Part shown: in pieces, positions 49,603 to 63,200 of the stretch
Layout: every line of letters starts with the position of its first letter
Position numbering within the stretch: the first letter of the stretch is position 1
Source of the DNA: Mobula hypostoma
Lineage: Eukaryota
Direction: 5' to 3'
NCBI RefSeq assembly: GCF_963921235.1
Contig: NC_086097.1
Location: forward strand, 219,730,001-219,794,000
Length of the DNA stretch: 64,000 nucleotides
Program-made: the position numbers and the translations under genes
The notes under the pieces: model-generated
What the model was told of the DNA's origin: nothing
The model's database searches: none
Seen by the model: the letters and a program-made list of their open reading frames with translations, nothing else

Positions 49603-52600
49603 GTTCATATGAGAGCTATGTCTGGAGCTGTGGAAAGTGAGCATAGAGGAAAGAGAGCAGATATTTCAAATTTTGAGGAGAATAGTCCTTTGGTACCACA
49701 GAAATGAGGGGAGCTATTGGTAGTGATTGGGCAGTGAACCATCATCTCTTCAGAATGCTGAAAAGGAAAGGGAAGATCTTGTTTTATTTCAATTTCTAAG
49801 TGCTAATGAATGTGGAATAGCTTTTTACTCCATGATGCTCTTTGACCTGCTAAGTACTTTCAAGTTGTTATATTTTCAATATTTCAAGCAAAATATTTTT
49901 GCTGTTTCACTGGCTCATCATCTACATGTCTGCTGCCTGCATTATTGATAATTTACTTGTCCTCTTTACTGACTTGGGTACCTGAATAGCTGCCAGACAA
50001 TAAGATCATGCAGTTATATTTTAAGGATAAGTAAAACAAGACTCTAAACCTAAAGAGCACATGGTGTACATACACTGTTGCTAGTCCTACCGGATTAAAC
50101 ATCAAAATAAGTTGATGGAACATTCGCAAGTTTAAAAGCCGGAAGAGTAAGGAATGCTCAAGGACAAGCTTTTGACCTGGAGTATTTTAAAGTTCATATT
50201 CTACATTTAAACTTTTTTTTATTAGAATGACAGATGGTTGTAAAAGGTGGTTAATTAGGTGATGATACATGAAGGATGACTGTGGAACTCTGATTGCTAT
50301 GACAGAATAGAAATCATGGCACTTTGAGGAAGAGGAGCAGGAATTTAATACATGTTAATTTATTTACGTATCACTGCATGTATTCCAGCCTGGATTGACT
50401 TTTTCACGTGCTATTAGATGCAGACAGGATGGCAGTAACATTTAGTAATAATGTTACTTTTTTCCTGCATATGCCCAAGGACAAGATAAGAACTCTATTC
50501 ATTTCCTGGATTTGTCATGCACCACTGTAATTTATCTCATGATATAAATGTTTTCAAAAGCAGTGGCATAGCTCATTATATCAGAATACTGACAGAGTGG
50601 GGCCTACACCAAAGACTATTTGAACATTCAGTGTCATAGAATAAAAGGTATCATTTCACTTCCTCATTGTGACCAGTGCCTGATGGGTTTTGTTTGTGGT
50701 GTAAAAGCCAGATGTTTCCATGCATACAAAGGAAGAAGAAATAGTTAACAAGTAGTAAGAAGTGTTTCCTTCTGTGAGTATATAGCTGCTAGGATTGATC
50801 TGGAATCTATTCCTGCAAACAACCAAGAAGCAAGTTCATAGAGGTGTTAAAAATAATTTTTTGTATGATTTTGTTTATTGTTTTAAAATACCAGAGGTGA
50901 GAAAATGGCTTACCTGGAATCAGGACAAGATAGATAGTGTCAGTGATTGAATGATCAGTGATGTGATAAAACCTAAAGAGGAACAAGTGATGTGAGTTGT
51001 TCTTCACATACTGCAAAATTATCCTTCATTGTCTTTTGCTTAAATAGCACTTCATTTTACATCTTAAAGCAAGGAATAGTACTACGGCTGTGTCTTTCCG
51101 AAATACTTTGTTTAAAGGTATAGTTATTTCTAGCTGAATTATTCTTCTAGTGCATCAGCCAAGTGTTATTCATTAATATGGCCTTTTTCATGAGTGACAG
51201 TGGTCTTTTGGATGAAATTTATCCATCAAGGATTCAAATGAATCCATGAAAAATAAGTATGGAGGAATGAGATGTGAAATTCAAGCTGACCTTCCTCGCT
51301 CCTAATATGTTGTGGTGCAAAGTGGAATTTTTATCTAGTCGGAATTCACATAGAGGTATCATTGTTGATACATGAGGTTTAGATTAGAGTTTAAGACTTA
51401 ATTCTGCAACATTCCTGTCTGTTCACTTTTACTCTATTTGGTAATTAAACTTTAAGGAAGCCTCTATGTATTTCTCTGTTAAAAATGATTAAATCACTAC
51501 TAAACCCACGAACAAGGGTTAATTATAACATGCAAATGAAAAAAAAACTGAAAAAATGAATAAAAAGAGAATCCTGTAAGCTTAATCTTGAACTCGACAG
51601 AGTGTCACATGTATTTTCCAGCAGGACTCATTGAATAGGTGTCGTGGAAATGATAAATGAATGTTGCAGATCCTTGCTTAAAATGGAAGGGTTCTGTTGA
51701 GCATGAAAGCAGAGAAGTTTCCTAGAAGGACTAATCAGTGTTGCCTTTTTCGGAATGAATTGTTATCTTTTGTTTGCATAAGGCCTTGCTTTTGAAGTGT
51801 TTATTCAAAATTTGGAGCAGTCCCTTTGCTGCATAATGTTCTGCAATAAATATTTGCTTGGAGAGAATGCAGCACATGATTCTAATAAATTGTAAGTCAA
51901 GGCAGAAATGATGCATGCTGAATTGCATCCAGTGAATGTGTGAAATAACTAGTTTATAAAATCAGCTCTGAGAGGTACCAGAGGAATGGTGGGGTTTTGA
52001 AGAGGGTGCGGCAAAGTTCATTTTCAGAGCACACATAGCAATGATTTAAACTATTCACACATATCTCATAACTTGCCTTTGGTAAAACTGAAAAGTGGAG
52101 CACCTAGTCAGTCCATCGCCTGGAAAATACACAGCATATTTTGTAACTTTTTTTTAACAGTGATTGGATACTACTTCTAAGCAAGATAAATTTAGTTATT
52201 TAGCTAGTTATTTCAAACATGCAGCTTATGGCCCAAAGAGGTCAGCAAGGACCATTCATACTTTGTGTTAGATCTGTTACTATTTGAATTTGCTGAACCT
52301 TTGTTGTTCTTCAGAGATTTCTTAGGGCTGGGAAATTTTTTCTTACTTTTTCTTACTTAGTGAGATTCCTAGCTGGATTATCTGCTTGTTGGCAGGGTAA
52401 TGGCAGGAAGGAAATTTAACCAATTATTGTAACATTACAAAGCCCAAACCCATTTTCCAAGGTCAAGGGTAATTTGTTACAAAGATTAGGAATTTACCAC
52501 TGAAAGCAATCAATTTTTATTACTATCATTCCTTTTACTTTTTTCCAGCACTGCAACCTAGAGTACTGACTACAGCTACGGCAAGGACAGTTGTTCTATT

Positions 52601-52871
52601 GCTCCTTAGGATTAATAGACATGGTGATGGTTGTATACACGTTCTTCACTGTGAAAAACATTACTAATATCCCTAAGGTATCAGATGGGCTCATTTCAAA
52701 TAACATGGTAGAACTTGCAAAAATCCCAATTACAAAGGATAAGGTATTGGAAAAACTTAGACTGGCCAAATGTGAACATAGCACCATTACCCAATGGATT
52801 GCACACTAGAATTTTAAAGGAAATTACTGCAGACATAATGGACTCTTCAGTTCAAATTTAACTGTCTAAAC

Positions 52872-52951
52872 CAGAGGTTCCTTGCCTTTTTTATGCCTTG
52901 GACCCATACCATTAAAGTAGGGGTCCGTGGACCCCAGTTTGGGAACCCTTG
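52872..52951. mobile_element. 80-bp hAT-Charlie-type MITE
   Basis: TIR cagaggttcc / ggaacccttg; 8-bp TSD gtctaaac / ctctaaac (NTCTARAN-like). Confidence 0.8.
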
Positions 52952-53694
52952 CTCTAAACCCTAGATTTGTGCCAGAAAACAGCCAATGTGATTCCCCTTC
53001 TCAAAAAAAAAGGAGAAAAGCAAAGGCAGCGAACTACAGATCAGTTAGTTAACCAGCTTTTATTGGCAAATGGCTTAGGTCAATAATCAGAGGAAGTAGC
53101 TAATCATTTAGGAAAGCTGAATGTATTTAAACGTAGATAACATGGTTTTAAGGTGAATCATGCCAGAGAAAATTGCTGAAATCATTTGACGATATAACAA
53201 GAGAAATTGGTAGAAGGGAACCTGTAGATGTAATGAATTTAGATTTCTAAAGGGTATTTGACAAGGTGCTATATAAAAGACTGATACATAAATTTAAAAA
53301 ACCCATGGTATTGAAGTGTATTAAAATGGATTGAAAACTAGCTGTCTCATAGAAACAGAATTTGAATAAATGGGTCCTTTACAGAAGAGATGGAGGTAAC
53401 TAGTGGAATACAGTAGGGATGCATTCTTGGCCTACAATTGTTCACTGTTTGCATTCATGACCCAAAGGAAAGATCAGTGTGTAAGGTTTCCACAGTGGCC
53501 AATGATGCAAAAATAGATGAAAGGATGTACTTTGCTAAGGATACTGTGACTCTGCAAATGAAAATAAATTGAGTGATTGGCAAAAGACGAGAAATGGAGT
53601 TTAATGTGGGGAAGTGTGAGGTAATGCATTTTGGTAAAATAAATCAAAAGGCAGGTTATTGTCTAAATAGATCTTGCAAATGAGTGCTCCCTCC

Positions 53695-54385
53695 ACGCTG
53701 ACTATTTGGAGTTCCCAGTTGCAAGCCATTTTAATTCCCTTCCCCAATCCCACCTTTTTCCTTGGCCTCCTCCACTGTCAAGCACAAACTAGAATACATT
53801 TCATATTTGGCTTGGTTACGTCGACATTCATGATGACATGAATACTGAATTCTCCAGTTTCAGGTAACTTGTTTCTCCCTCTCCTTCTCTCTCCTTTTTA
53901 TCCTTCTGGGTCCTCCTCCACACTCTACCCACTTTCCCACCCCAGCTCCTTTTTGCCCAGATTTTTTCCCATCTTTCACCTACTCCATCTGAACAGATTG
54001 CCCATGCTCTTCCCATTGAACCCTTACCCTCCATTGTTCCCATCTGCCCAACCTAACTCCTTTGGTTTCATGCTCCACCTTCCTTTTGCTCTCAGATTCC
54101 ATCATCTGCAACCCTTGTTGCTTCAGCCATCATCTCCCAGCCCTGGTCACTGTTTTTATCTTTCCCTCCCCCACCTGAGTCTACCTATCAATCATCCCTA
54201 CTTGCTAGCTGTTCTCTGCCTTGTCTTGCTCACCCTCTTTCCCCCCCCCCCAATGTCTTAATACTGGCCCCTTCTCTCTTTCCTTTTTGTCCAGATGAAG
54301 GGTCTTGATTTGAAGCATTGACTATCTTTTCCTATACAGATGCTGCCTGACCTGCTGTGTTCTTCCAGCTACTTGCTTTTTGCAG
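53695..54385 (+). mobile_element. Degenerate Penelope-like 3' fragment
   Basis: PVASHFNS remnant, pyrimidine tract, degenerate hammerhead (cagatgaagggtcttgatttgaagc) and gatgctgcctgacctgctg. Confidence 0.7.
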
Positions 54386-54558
54386 GCAGGTCAACAAGTA
54401 GCCAAGGAAGCAAGTGGTATTTTGGTCTTCATTGCAAAGAGAATAGAGGTTGAAAATAGGAAGGTGTTATTGCATTTGTATGGAGTATTGGTGAAGGAAC
54501 ACTTAGGATACTGCTTACAGTTTTGGTTCCCTTTCGTAAAATATTACATGTAGTATTG

Positions 54559-55232
54559 GGGTCTGAGTTCATAGGACACTCCAAGCTGCTACGCAGGTTG
54601 ACTCTGTGGTTAAGAAGGCATGAGGTGCATTGGCCTTCATCAATCGTGGGATTGAGTTTAAGAGCCGAGAGGTAATGTTGCAGCTATATAGGTCCCTGGT
54701 CAGACCCCACTTGGAGTACTGTGCTCAATTCTGGTCGCCTCGCTATAGGAAGGACGTGGAAACTGTAGAAAGGGTGCAGAGGAGATTTACAAGGTTGTTG
54801 CCTGGATTGGAGAGCATGCCTTATGAGAATAAGTTGAGTGAACTCGGCCTTTTCTCCTTGGAGCGACCGAGGATGAGAGGTGACCTGATAGAGGTGTACA
54901 AGATGATGAGAGGCATTGATCGTGTGGATAGTTGGAGGCTTTTCCCCAGGGCTGCAGTGGTTAGCATGAGAGAGCATAGTTTTAAGGTGCTTGGAAACAG
55001 ATACAGAGGAGATGTCAGGTGTAAGTTTCTTACGCAGAGAGTGGTGAGTGCGGGAATGGGCTACCGGCAGCAGTGGTGGAGGCGGAAATGATGGGGTCTT
55101 TTAAGAGACTCTTGGATGGCTACATGGAGCTTAGAAGAATAGAGGGCTATGGGTAAAGCCTAGGTAGTTCTAAGGTAAGGACATGGTCGGCACAGCTTTG
55201 TGGGCCGAGGGGCCTGTGTTTTCTGTGTTTCT
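54559..55232 (+). mobile_element. Young CR1 3' fragment, ~11-bp TSD
   Basis: ORF 54630-55091; TSD atgtagtattg (54548-54558) / atgtaatattg (55233-55243). Confidence 0.9.
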
Positions 55233-55329
55233 ATGTAATATTGAAAGAATTACAGAGGAAATTCACTAGGCTAATTCTCGGAAAGAAGGTCGTCCTTCCA
55301 AGAAAGACCAAATGATTTCCTGGAGTTCT

Positions 55330-55722
55330 AAGAATCAGGTTTAATATCACCAGCATACGTCATGAAATTTGTTAACTTTGCAGCAGTAGTGCCATGCAAT
55401 ACATAATTAATATAGAAAAAAACTGAATTGCGGTAAGTATATATATATATTAAATAGTTAAATTAAGGTAACTAGTGCAAAAACAGAAATTTTAGAAAAT
55501 GTAGTGGGGTAATATTCAGGTGGTTGAATGTCCTTTAAGAAATTGGATAGCAGAGGGGAAGAAACTTACTGTATTGCTGAGTGTGTGACTTCAGGTTCTG
55601 TACCTCCTTCCTGATTGTAACAATGAGAAGAGGGCTTGTCCTAGGTGACGGGGATCCTTGATGATGGAAGTCACTTTTCTGAGGCACTGCCCCTTGAAGA
55701 TGTCTTGGGCACTACAGAGACT
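55330..55722 (-). mobile_element. Rex1/Babar-like LINE 3' fragment
   Basis: IFKGQCLRKVTSIIKDP.HLGQALFSLL.SGRRYR. Confidence 0.75.
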
Positions 55723-55723
55723 A

Positions 55724-56016
55724 GTACCCGGCCCTCCTGTCCCATGATCCTCTCGTATCCCCTTTTTCCTATCACCTGTCCAGCTCTCGGCTCTATCCCT
55801 CCCCCTCCTGTCTTCTCCTATCATTTTGCATCTCCCCCTCCCCCTCCAGCTTTCAAATCCCTTACTCACTCTTCCTTCAGTTAGTCCTGACGAAGGGTCT
55901 CGGCCTGAAACGTCGACTGCGCCTCTTCCTATAGATGCTGCTTGGCCTGCTGCGTTCACCAGCAACTTTGATGTATGTTGCTTGAATTTCCAGCATCTGC
56001 AGAATTCCTGTTGTTT
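55724..56016 (+). mobile_element. Young Penelope pLTR with an intact minimal hammerhead (55883-55918)
   Basis: AGUC-CUGACGA-AGGGUCUCGGCCU-GAAA-C-GUC-GACU; nearly identical to the 40.6-kb arm and tail. Confidence 0.85.
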
Positions 56017-56489
56017 AGGTTTCTATACCTTGCTTGATATTATGAGATTTACAGTCAAATATGTGATTAGCTAGTTTCTTCTGGAGGGGAAAATAATGAG
56101 ATTCCCACACTGCAGGGGTACAGTAATGGGGTTTAATTTTGTAATATTAAGGAGTGTTAGAGTGCTTTGCTTGGAATTGGCAGTATTGACCTCGAGTTTA
56201 ATAAGAGAACTACTTACTAAGAAAACTTATTCCATTGATGTTTTGTTCTGACATTTTACAACTCTACCATCAGGAAAAGTATGAATTTTTAATGTATTGG
56301 TAAGGATTTTATAAATCTTTTTATAATTGTTAGAAAGAACCCAGCACTTCACAATGAAACTGGCCATCTAATCAGGTGCCACCTTCCCTTTCCACATTGG
56401 CTGTATCAATCTCCTCAAAAGCTACAGAAGTGCAGTGGAAGCAAGTCCTTATAGATTCCAGTGGACCGCCCAAGTAATAGTAATAAGAG

Positions 56490-57710
56490 ATAAAAATAAA
56501 TGTTAGCTTTATTTGTCACATTTACTTCAAAACATACAGTGAAGTGCGTCATTTGTGTCTAATCAAATCAGTAAGGATTGGGTTGGAGGCAGTCATTGTC
56601 ACGCTTTGAGCAACAATATAGCATGCCCACAACTTACTAACCCTAAAACGCTTGTCTTTGAAATGTGGGAGGAATTCAGAGAACTTGCAGGAAACCCACA
56701 TGGTTACAGGGAGAATGTACCAACTCCTAACAAATAGCAATTAATCAGTGATTGCTGGCAATGTATACCAATTGCACTGACCACTATGTTACCGTGTCAC
56801 TTGTTGTTATTGTAACAGTAGTAGCAGCAGAGTTTGACCTTTGGTCGGGTGTCAAGCATAATGTTCATGATCATCACCATTAAGCTGGGAATGGCACTTA
56901 TCATAATGTAACCAATGATGTCCTTGCTGTAACCATGTACTTACATTTAAAAGTGGCTGTTCAGCTTTGCACGTACTATTGTTTCAATAAAGACTAAGGA
57001 AGAAGATTTCAAGGCCAGCAGTAAACTTTAAAGTACAAACTAGATAATACTGTAAAGGGATTCTTCAATACCAAAAATCAATGTAGTTAACTATAAATAA
57101 ACAACAAATAAAAATAATAAATCTTTACTAGTTAAACACCAACCAAGCAAGGAAAATCATTGAAGATACAGATTGTTGGCTCTTGTGATGATCAGCAAGT
57201 GAACACTAACCCTAAACCACTTGTCTTTGGAAAGTGGGAGGAATTTGGAGCACTTGGAGGAAACCGATGTGGTTACAGGGAGAATGTCTTCAGCCCCAAA
57301 TACCAACAGAATCATCCGATTGCCCTACTGCGAAAGCCCCCTCTAATGAGAATGCTAAATTCACTCATTCTACACCATATAACATAAAATAAATGCATTT
57401 GATTAAAATAATTTAGTTTCATTCACAACAGGATGCAATGAAATTCCTTGTTCGTATGAAGGTCACAGAGGAGAAAAGCATGCATTTTATTTATTTATTT
57501 ATTGGTTTATTTGGGTGCAATGTGGTATAGGTCCTTCCGACCCTTCAACCTGCACCATGCAACAACACCTGATTTAATCCTAGCCTGATCATGGGACTAT
57601 TCACAATGATTAATTAACCTACCTACCGGTACAGCTTTAGACTGTGGGAAGAAATGGGAACACCTGGAGGATACCCACAGGGGCCAAAGGGAGAATGTAC
57701 AAGCTCCCAG
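56490..57710 (-). mobile_element. Cluster of V-SINE (HE1-like) fragments (~56490-56800, ~57205-57290, ~57485-57710)
   Basis: Repeated gtctttgga.tgtgggagga...ggaaacccac..ggt.acagggagaatgtac V-domain-like block. Confidence 0.65.
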
Positions 57711-57979
57711 GTCCTCCAGAATGTACAAGATTTAAAAGAAGATATTAACAAATAATTTACTGCCTGATGATAGTGCTGAAAAACCTATGTTCCAGTGACT
57801 GCCTCATTCCCAACCTCTGTGATATTTGACAAAAGTCCCAGAGTATTACTACAATAATTTTGTTGGTACCTCCTCTACATAATTACATAAAATAAACCAC
57901 AAATTGCATTTACATACTATCTTTAACAAAGAAAAACATCCCAAATTGCTTTGCTGGAACATTATCAAACAAATGTTTG

Positions 57980-58443
57980 ATCCAGGAATGAAAGGGTTAT
58001 TATATGAGGAACATTTGATGGCTCTGGGTCTGTACTCATTGGAATTCAGGAGAATGAGGGGGCGATCTCATTGAAACCTTTCGAAAGGCCTAGATAGTAG
58101 ACGTGGAAAGGATGTTTTCCATGGTGGGATAGTCTAGGACAAGAGGGCACAGTGTCAGGATAGAGGGATGCCCTTTCAAAACAGAAATGCAGGGAAATTT
58201 CTTTAGTCAAAGGGTGGTGAATTTGTGGATATTTGTTGCTACATGCAGCTGTGGATGCCAGGTCATTGGGTGTATTTAAGGCAGAGATTGGTAGATTCTT
58301 GATTGGACATGGCATTGAAGGTCACGGGGAGAAGGCCGGGAACTGGGGTTGAGGAGGTAGAAAGAAAGGATCATCCAGGATTGAATGGTGGAGCAGACTC
58401 AATGGGCCAGATGGCTTAATTCTGCTCCTATGTCTTGTGGTCT
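57980..58443 (+). mobile_element. CR1 3' fragment
   Basis: PGMKGL.YEEHLMALGLYSLEFRRMRG and a standard tail. Confidence 0.85.
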
Positions 58444-61214
58444 AAAAGTTGACATCAACCTGCAAAAGATTTTAAGATGTATCTAAAATTTTGATGAATT
58501 AAGTAGATATAAAGAGTTTAAAGCTGAGTTAGATCTGAAGAGAGGATTTCAGAAGTTAGGGTTTAGATATTTTAGCATTGTTCGAAAAAGCCATGCACCC
58601 CTCCAATATTAATGTGATGATTCAATACTTTGTACCATCTATGGGATATATTGCGGCAGTTTACTAGGGCTTCTTCTGCAAGCTAACATTCTTACCCACT
58701 CAGAATAGGATGAACACCCAGGAAAGAGGGAAAACCACTTTCTGCAAGTTCTCCCACCCAACTCTTATCACAAGTTGCACGACATCCTGACTTGGACATA
58801 TGTTGCAATTACTTCTCCGTTATTGTACCATAGTTCCAGTGTTTTTTAACTAATATACAGTCTTCCCGACACAACTACAGTAATTTCAAAAGGAGAAACT
58901 GCTCCCCTCCCTCCACCAACCATCTCGATAACATTGCAAGATGCAGAATAAGGCTAGCCTAGCGAGCTATTCCCATGTTCAAGGAAGGGTAAAATATTAC
59001 CCCCATGACAGATCTGTGTACACTGCTCCAACACAGCACATTGTTGTATAGATGTCTGCTGGATGTACTAGAACAAGGTCATTTTAACTCCTATGAGCAC
59101 TCTCACTAGGAAGAGCATGGAATTGTCATCAACCTTACATTTCTTTCATAACCATCCCAACATAGATTCCTATGTATTATGATTAAATCAGAATAATCAG
59201 ATTCCTGCAATACAAGCAGTAAAGTTTTGAACATACTTCACAGGATGAAAATCTTTTTGGGTGCTTTGTAAATGCAAGTCCATTCTAGTGGCTTAAGAAA
59301 TCCCAGTACTTCCTTTTCAATGGAAGTAGCAATGGATGAAAAAGTAACTTGTGTATATTACTTGCATTCTAGGAGTTCATTAAAAGACTTACCAATTGAA
59401 AGCAAAATTTGTAAAATAAATAAGAGCTTGAGAGCATTTGTATAACAAAGTGAATATCAGTTGACCACTCTCTTTGCAGTAGATTGTTTTTTTCTGTATT
59501 GTTCATCATCTGACAAGAATCCCAACTGTTAAAATGATACCTATCAGATTTAAATGTATTCATATATTTACTCGCTATTCTTCTGTGCCTGATATTCTCC
59601 TTTATGTTGGCATTTACTTACGTACAATTAAAATTGAGGAGGGCTGTAATGACAGTTGGATTAAAGTATTTTCTTTAATCTTGCACAAGCAGGAAAATAT
59701 CCCTCATCCCGTCCATATTTCATTTTGCAGCTCCCATTTCTACATGGAAATGTTTAGTGAGGTAATAGGGAAAAAATTTCCAGGAGGTTTTGTTTTATTT
59801 TCACAAAACAGATGCAGTTGACTTATTTTTGAAATTAAAGATCCCTTTGAACATGAAAGGGAGACAGAAACAGCTCACACAAAAAATGACGCCAGCTGAT
59901 TACTTTGTGGAAGCACCAAATGTTTTGAAACTGGAGCTGGAAAATACCACCCTCCACTTACCTTTAGATCATCTCCTTAAATTGTGATTACTTATTTTAA
60001 ATGGTTTTACATGTGACAATATTCACATTTACAGAATTGATTCATCCCATTTTGCTAATAAGTTATTGTGGTTAATACTACTTTGGGGTTTGCAATGTAA
60101 CATTGGTGGGACCTCAAAATATTGGTTCTTTAAGTAGCATATCTATTCCACTGTTTGCTGAAAAACTACTGTAGGTATAAATCATCAGGGATTTGGAGTA
60201 TGGTTCTGGAAATGCAATTGACAATTTAATATGTTATCTGAGAGAGAAAGTCCTGATCCTTTCTAATAACAGCACTCACCTGAAAAGCTATCAATGTTTA
60301 TGCTGCCTGTGACATTGAATTGATATTTAATCCTGCAGTTTGCTGATGGCATTCATACAAAAAGAAGGTTAGGTGTTTTCCATTTTATGCTATTTGTATG
60401 GAATAATTAATTCATATTTAAACATTTAAAAACGCAATTTTATTGAGAATTATTCCATGCCCTGAATGCAATTTAGTTATACAATGTTTCTTTTTTAGAA
60501 GCGTCGAATGTAATTTTAAATGACAGAAATAAGTATTAATCTAATTAAACTGCTTCTGGCAGTAATATTAGTACTTTCTTCAGTGAGCTTAGGAATCCAG
60601 TTGGTTTAATTGTCCAACTTAATAAAATCGCTGCTGCGTATTGTCAAATTGTATGTCTGGACTTGAGAAGTTACTGTAAATAAATAAAACCATCATGGAA
60701 TCACAAGTATTTTTATAATGTATCTATATGCTGCACTCTAAACTTTCCACAAATCCCCCGTAAATGTCAATATATGTTTTGAAGAACTGTAATACTAAAA
60801 ATTTCTAATCCTGACAATCTAATTAACCAAAGAACTGAACACAGCTCACCGAAAGTGATTCAGGAAATAGGCATAAACAGTTGAATCTCAATTTAATTAT
60901 GTTAGGTTATGTATAGTGAGATTACTTGTTCCTTTGTTGAAATAACATAAATGTGGTTAATTTCATTTATCCTGGCTGTTTGAAAAGTTTGAAATGTATG
61001 TCAAAACTAACTGAATTTATGTGACATTTGCAAAGTTCCAGGATTAGCCATGAAGTTGTTTCGTTTCTGTTTGTACTGTAACTAAAGGAGCATGGAATTT
61101 ACGTTAAATTACATCTGTGTTGGCCTCAGGATATTCCCAGACATTTTGCAGCTAATCAGTGTTGTAAGGTAGTTACCTAATTTATGCAATCAACAGTTTG
61201 TACACAGTAAACTG

Positions 61215-61815
61215 CCATTAAAATGCCATAACTGACCTTCCTTTGCCCCTTCCCCTGTCAGTAGTAACTGTTCTGCCAGGCTCAGTAGCTAAGCCACACA
61301 TCAAGGCCAGGAGTTTGACTTGGTTGTCAGGGGCTATTTGAGGTGTACGGCATTGGGAGTACTTAATAGGTATTGGAAGCTTATTCCCATTACCACTCCC
61401 GGCTAAAACAACCTTAAGAAACCAAATAAAACCAGTCGTTTCAGGCAGATGGGACTTGTCAGCCATGTTAGGCAGCTTATCTAAGAGAAGAGAAATTCTG
61501 ATCTCAAACCTCGGTTGCCTTGCAGCTATACCCACTCATGAGGAAGACTTTGGGAGTACACCCCTAGGAAAAGTCCAGAACTGGGGCCCCTAAGGTAGAC
61601 CTACGTTGATTTCAATGCTGAATGGCAACTCCTGCAACACCACTGGTGCCAAACTGAATTGGTTTCTGCTGTTCCTTTGAGTTCATTAGATGTGTGGAGA
61701 GGGGGAGCTTGGTACATGGGCAACAGCTTGCTCTCCATATTGTACCATTCAGGCTTGTGTATTTAGGCAGCTGGGATGCAACATCCATATTCAACCCTAA
61801 CCAATGGAGGTCTCA
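61215..61815. mobile_element. Probable RTE-clade LINE-derived repeat fragment
   Basis: GC-richer non-coding block resembling RTE 5'-region sequence from memory; no diagnostic ORF. Confidence 0.35.
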
Positions 61816-62099
61816 GCAGGTTGCTGAACAGAGTCTGAAAGATGAGTAATGTTCATGCACCAATAGATCCTTCCTTTCTCATCCTTGAGTACTTCCATGG
61901 AACCTGTTCAACTATCTACAAGAGCAACGTGATAGTTTAATATCCATTTGAAAAGATCAGCTCCATCAGTGCAGTGGTCCCTCAGCTCAGCAGTATAATG
62001 TGGGCATTGAACTGAATGAAATCAGAAACAAGAGTTCAACTTCTGAGTTGAAACTGAAACAAAATAACTTTTAGATTTGAAATCACCAAACAAATTGGT

Positions 62100-63200
62100 A
62101 CAATAAATTGGTGAAGTTGGTGAAGTTGCTGAGGTCAAGAGGGTTGAGAGTTTCAGGTTCCGAAGGGTGCACATCACCGATAGCCTGCCTTGGTTCAACA
62201 ACAAAGATGGCATGGCCAAGAAAGCCCAATACTGTACTTCCTCATGAAGACAAAGAACCGGTGATGCCTACACCGAAGAAGTTTAGATCCTCTCTTCGAC
62301 GGGAGTTCAGTGAAACCATCTCTCACTGCTCCCCATCTGTAATTTCTTCGGCTCTTCAACTTTTCGACCACACTTTGACTCAGACTCGCTATCACAGCCA
62401 TATATCCTTTCTTGGAACGTGCCTCCTATCACCTGTCCAGCTCTTGGCTCCATCCCTCCCCCTCCTGTCTTCTCCTATCATTTTGGATCTCCCCCTCCCC
62501 CTCCAACTTTCAAATCCCTTACTCACTCTTCCTTCAGTTAGTCCTGACAAAGGGTCTCGGCCTGAAACGTCGACTATACCTCTTCCTAGAGATGCTGCTT
62601 GGCCTGCTGCAACTTTGATGTGTGTTGCTTGAATTTCCAGCATCTGCAGAATTCCTGTTGTTTGCATTTTTAAAAGAACTTTCTTGTCCTCTTTGACCCT
62701 CACCAACTTTATCAATGCACCACAGAAACCATACAATCCGGGTGCATCATGGCTTCGTACGGCCACTGCTCAGCCCGTGACGGCAAGCGAGTGTAGAAAG
62801 TTGTAGACGGAGATCAGCACATCACGGAAGCAAACCTCCCCTCCATGAATTGAGTCTAAACTTCTCACTACGTCAGTAAAACAATCAATATAATGAAAGA
62901 CCCTACCCACCCGAGACATTCTGTCTTTTCCTGCCTCCCATTGGACAGAATATACAAATGTCTAAAAGCCTGTACCAGCAGGCTCAAGGACAGCTTCTGC
63001 CCTGCTGTTATTAAGATAATTGAATGGTCCCCAAGTACAATAAGATAAACTCTTGACTGCACAATCTACCTTGCTACGACTTTATACAGTTCATCTGACT
63101 GTCGTGCACTTTCTCTGTAACTGTAACACTTTATTTTGCACTGTTGTTTTACCTTGTACTACTACAGTGCACTGTTGTAATGAACTGGCCTGCATGAATA
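62100..63200 (+). mobile_element. Rex1/Babar-like LINE 3' fragment interrupted by a Penelope element
   Basis: VE.VE.F.F remnants, ..GCI.ASYG.CSA.D...V.KVV and KDPTHP motifs, plus a tail. A related tail lies on the minus strand at ~63760-64000. Confidence 0.7.
62259..62672 (+). mobile_element. Internally deleted Penelope-like element (ORF N-terminus fused to pLTR, hammerhead core mutated)
   Basis: MPTPKKFRSSLRREFSETISHCSPSVISSALQLFDHTLTQTRYHSHISFLGTCL joined at ~62425 to pLTR; core CUGACAA at 62544-62550; possible TSD aaagaac (62252-62258 / 62673-62679). Confidence 0.7.

Larger units (their letters stand above)
52635..55325 (+). mobile_element. Old degenerate CR1 hosting a MITE, a Penelope fragment and a young CR1
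   Basis: FFTVKN...ITKDKVLEKL, degenerate LDF.RVFDKV, KWSLMWGSVR-like frameshifted RT remnants. Confidence 0.65.

Noticed and set aside
59369..59987. Short ORFs with nearby splice-like signals
   Set aside because: AT-rich random-like composition and no recognisable protein.
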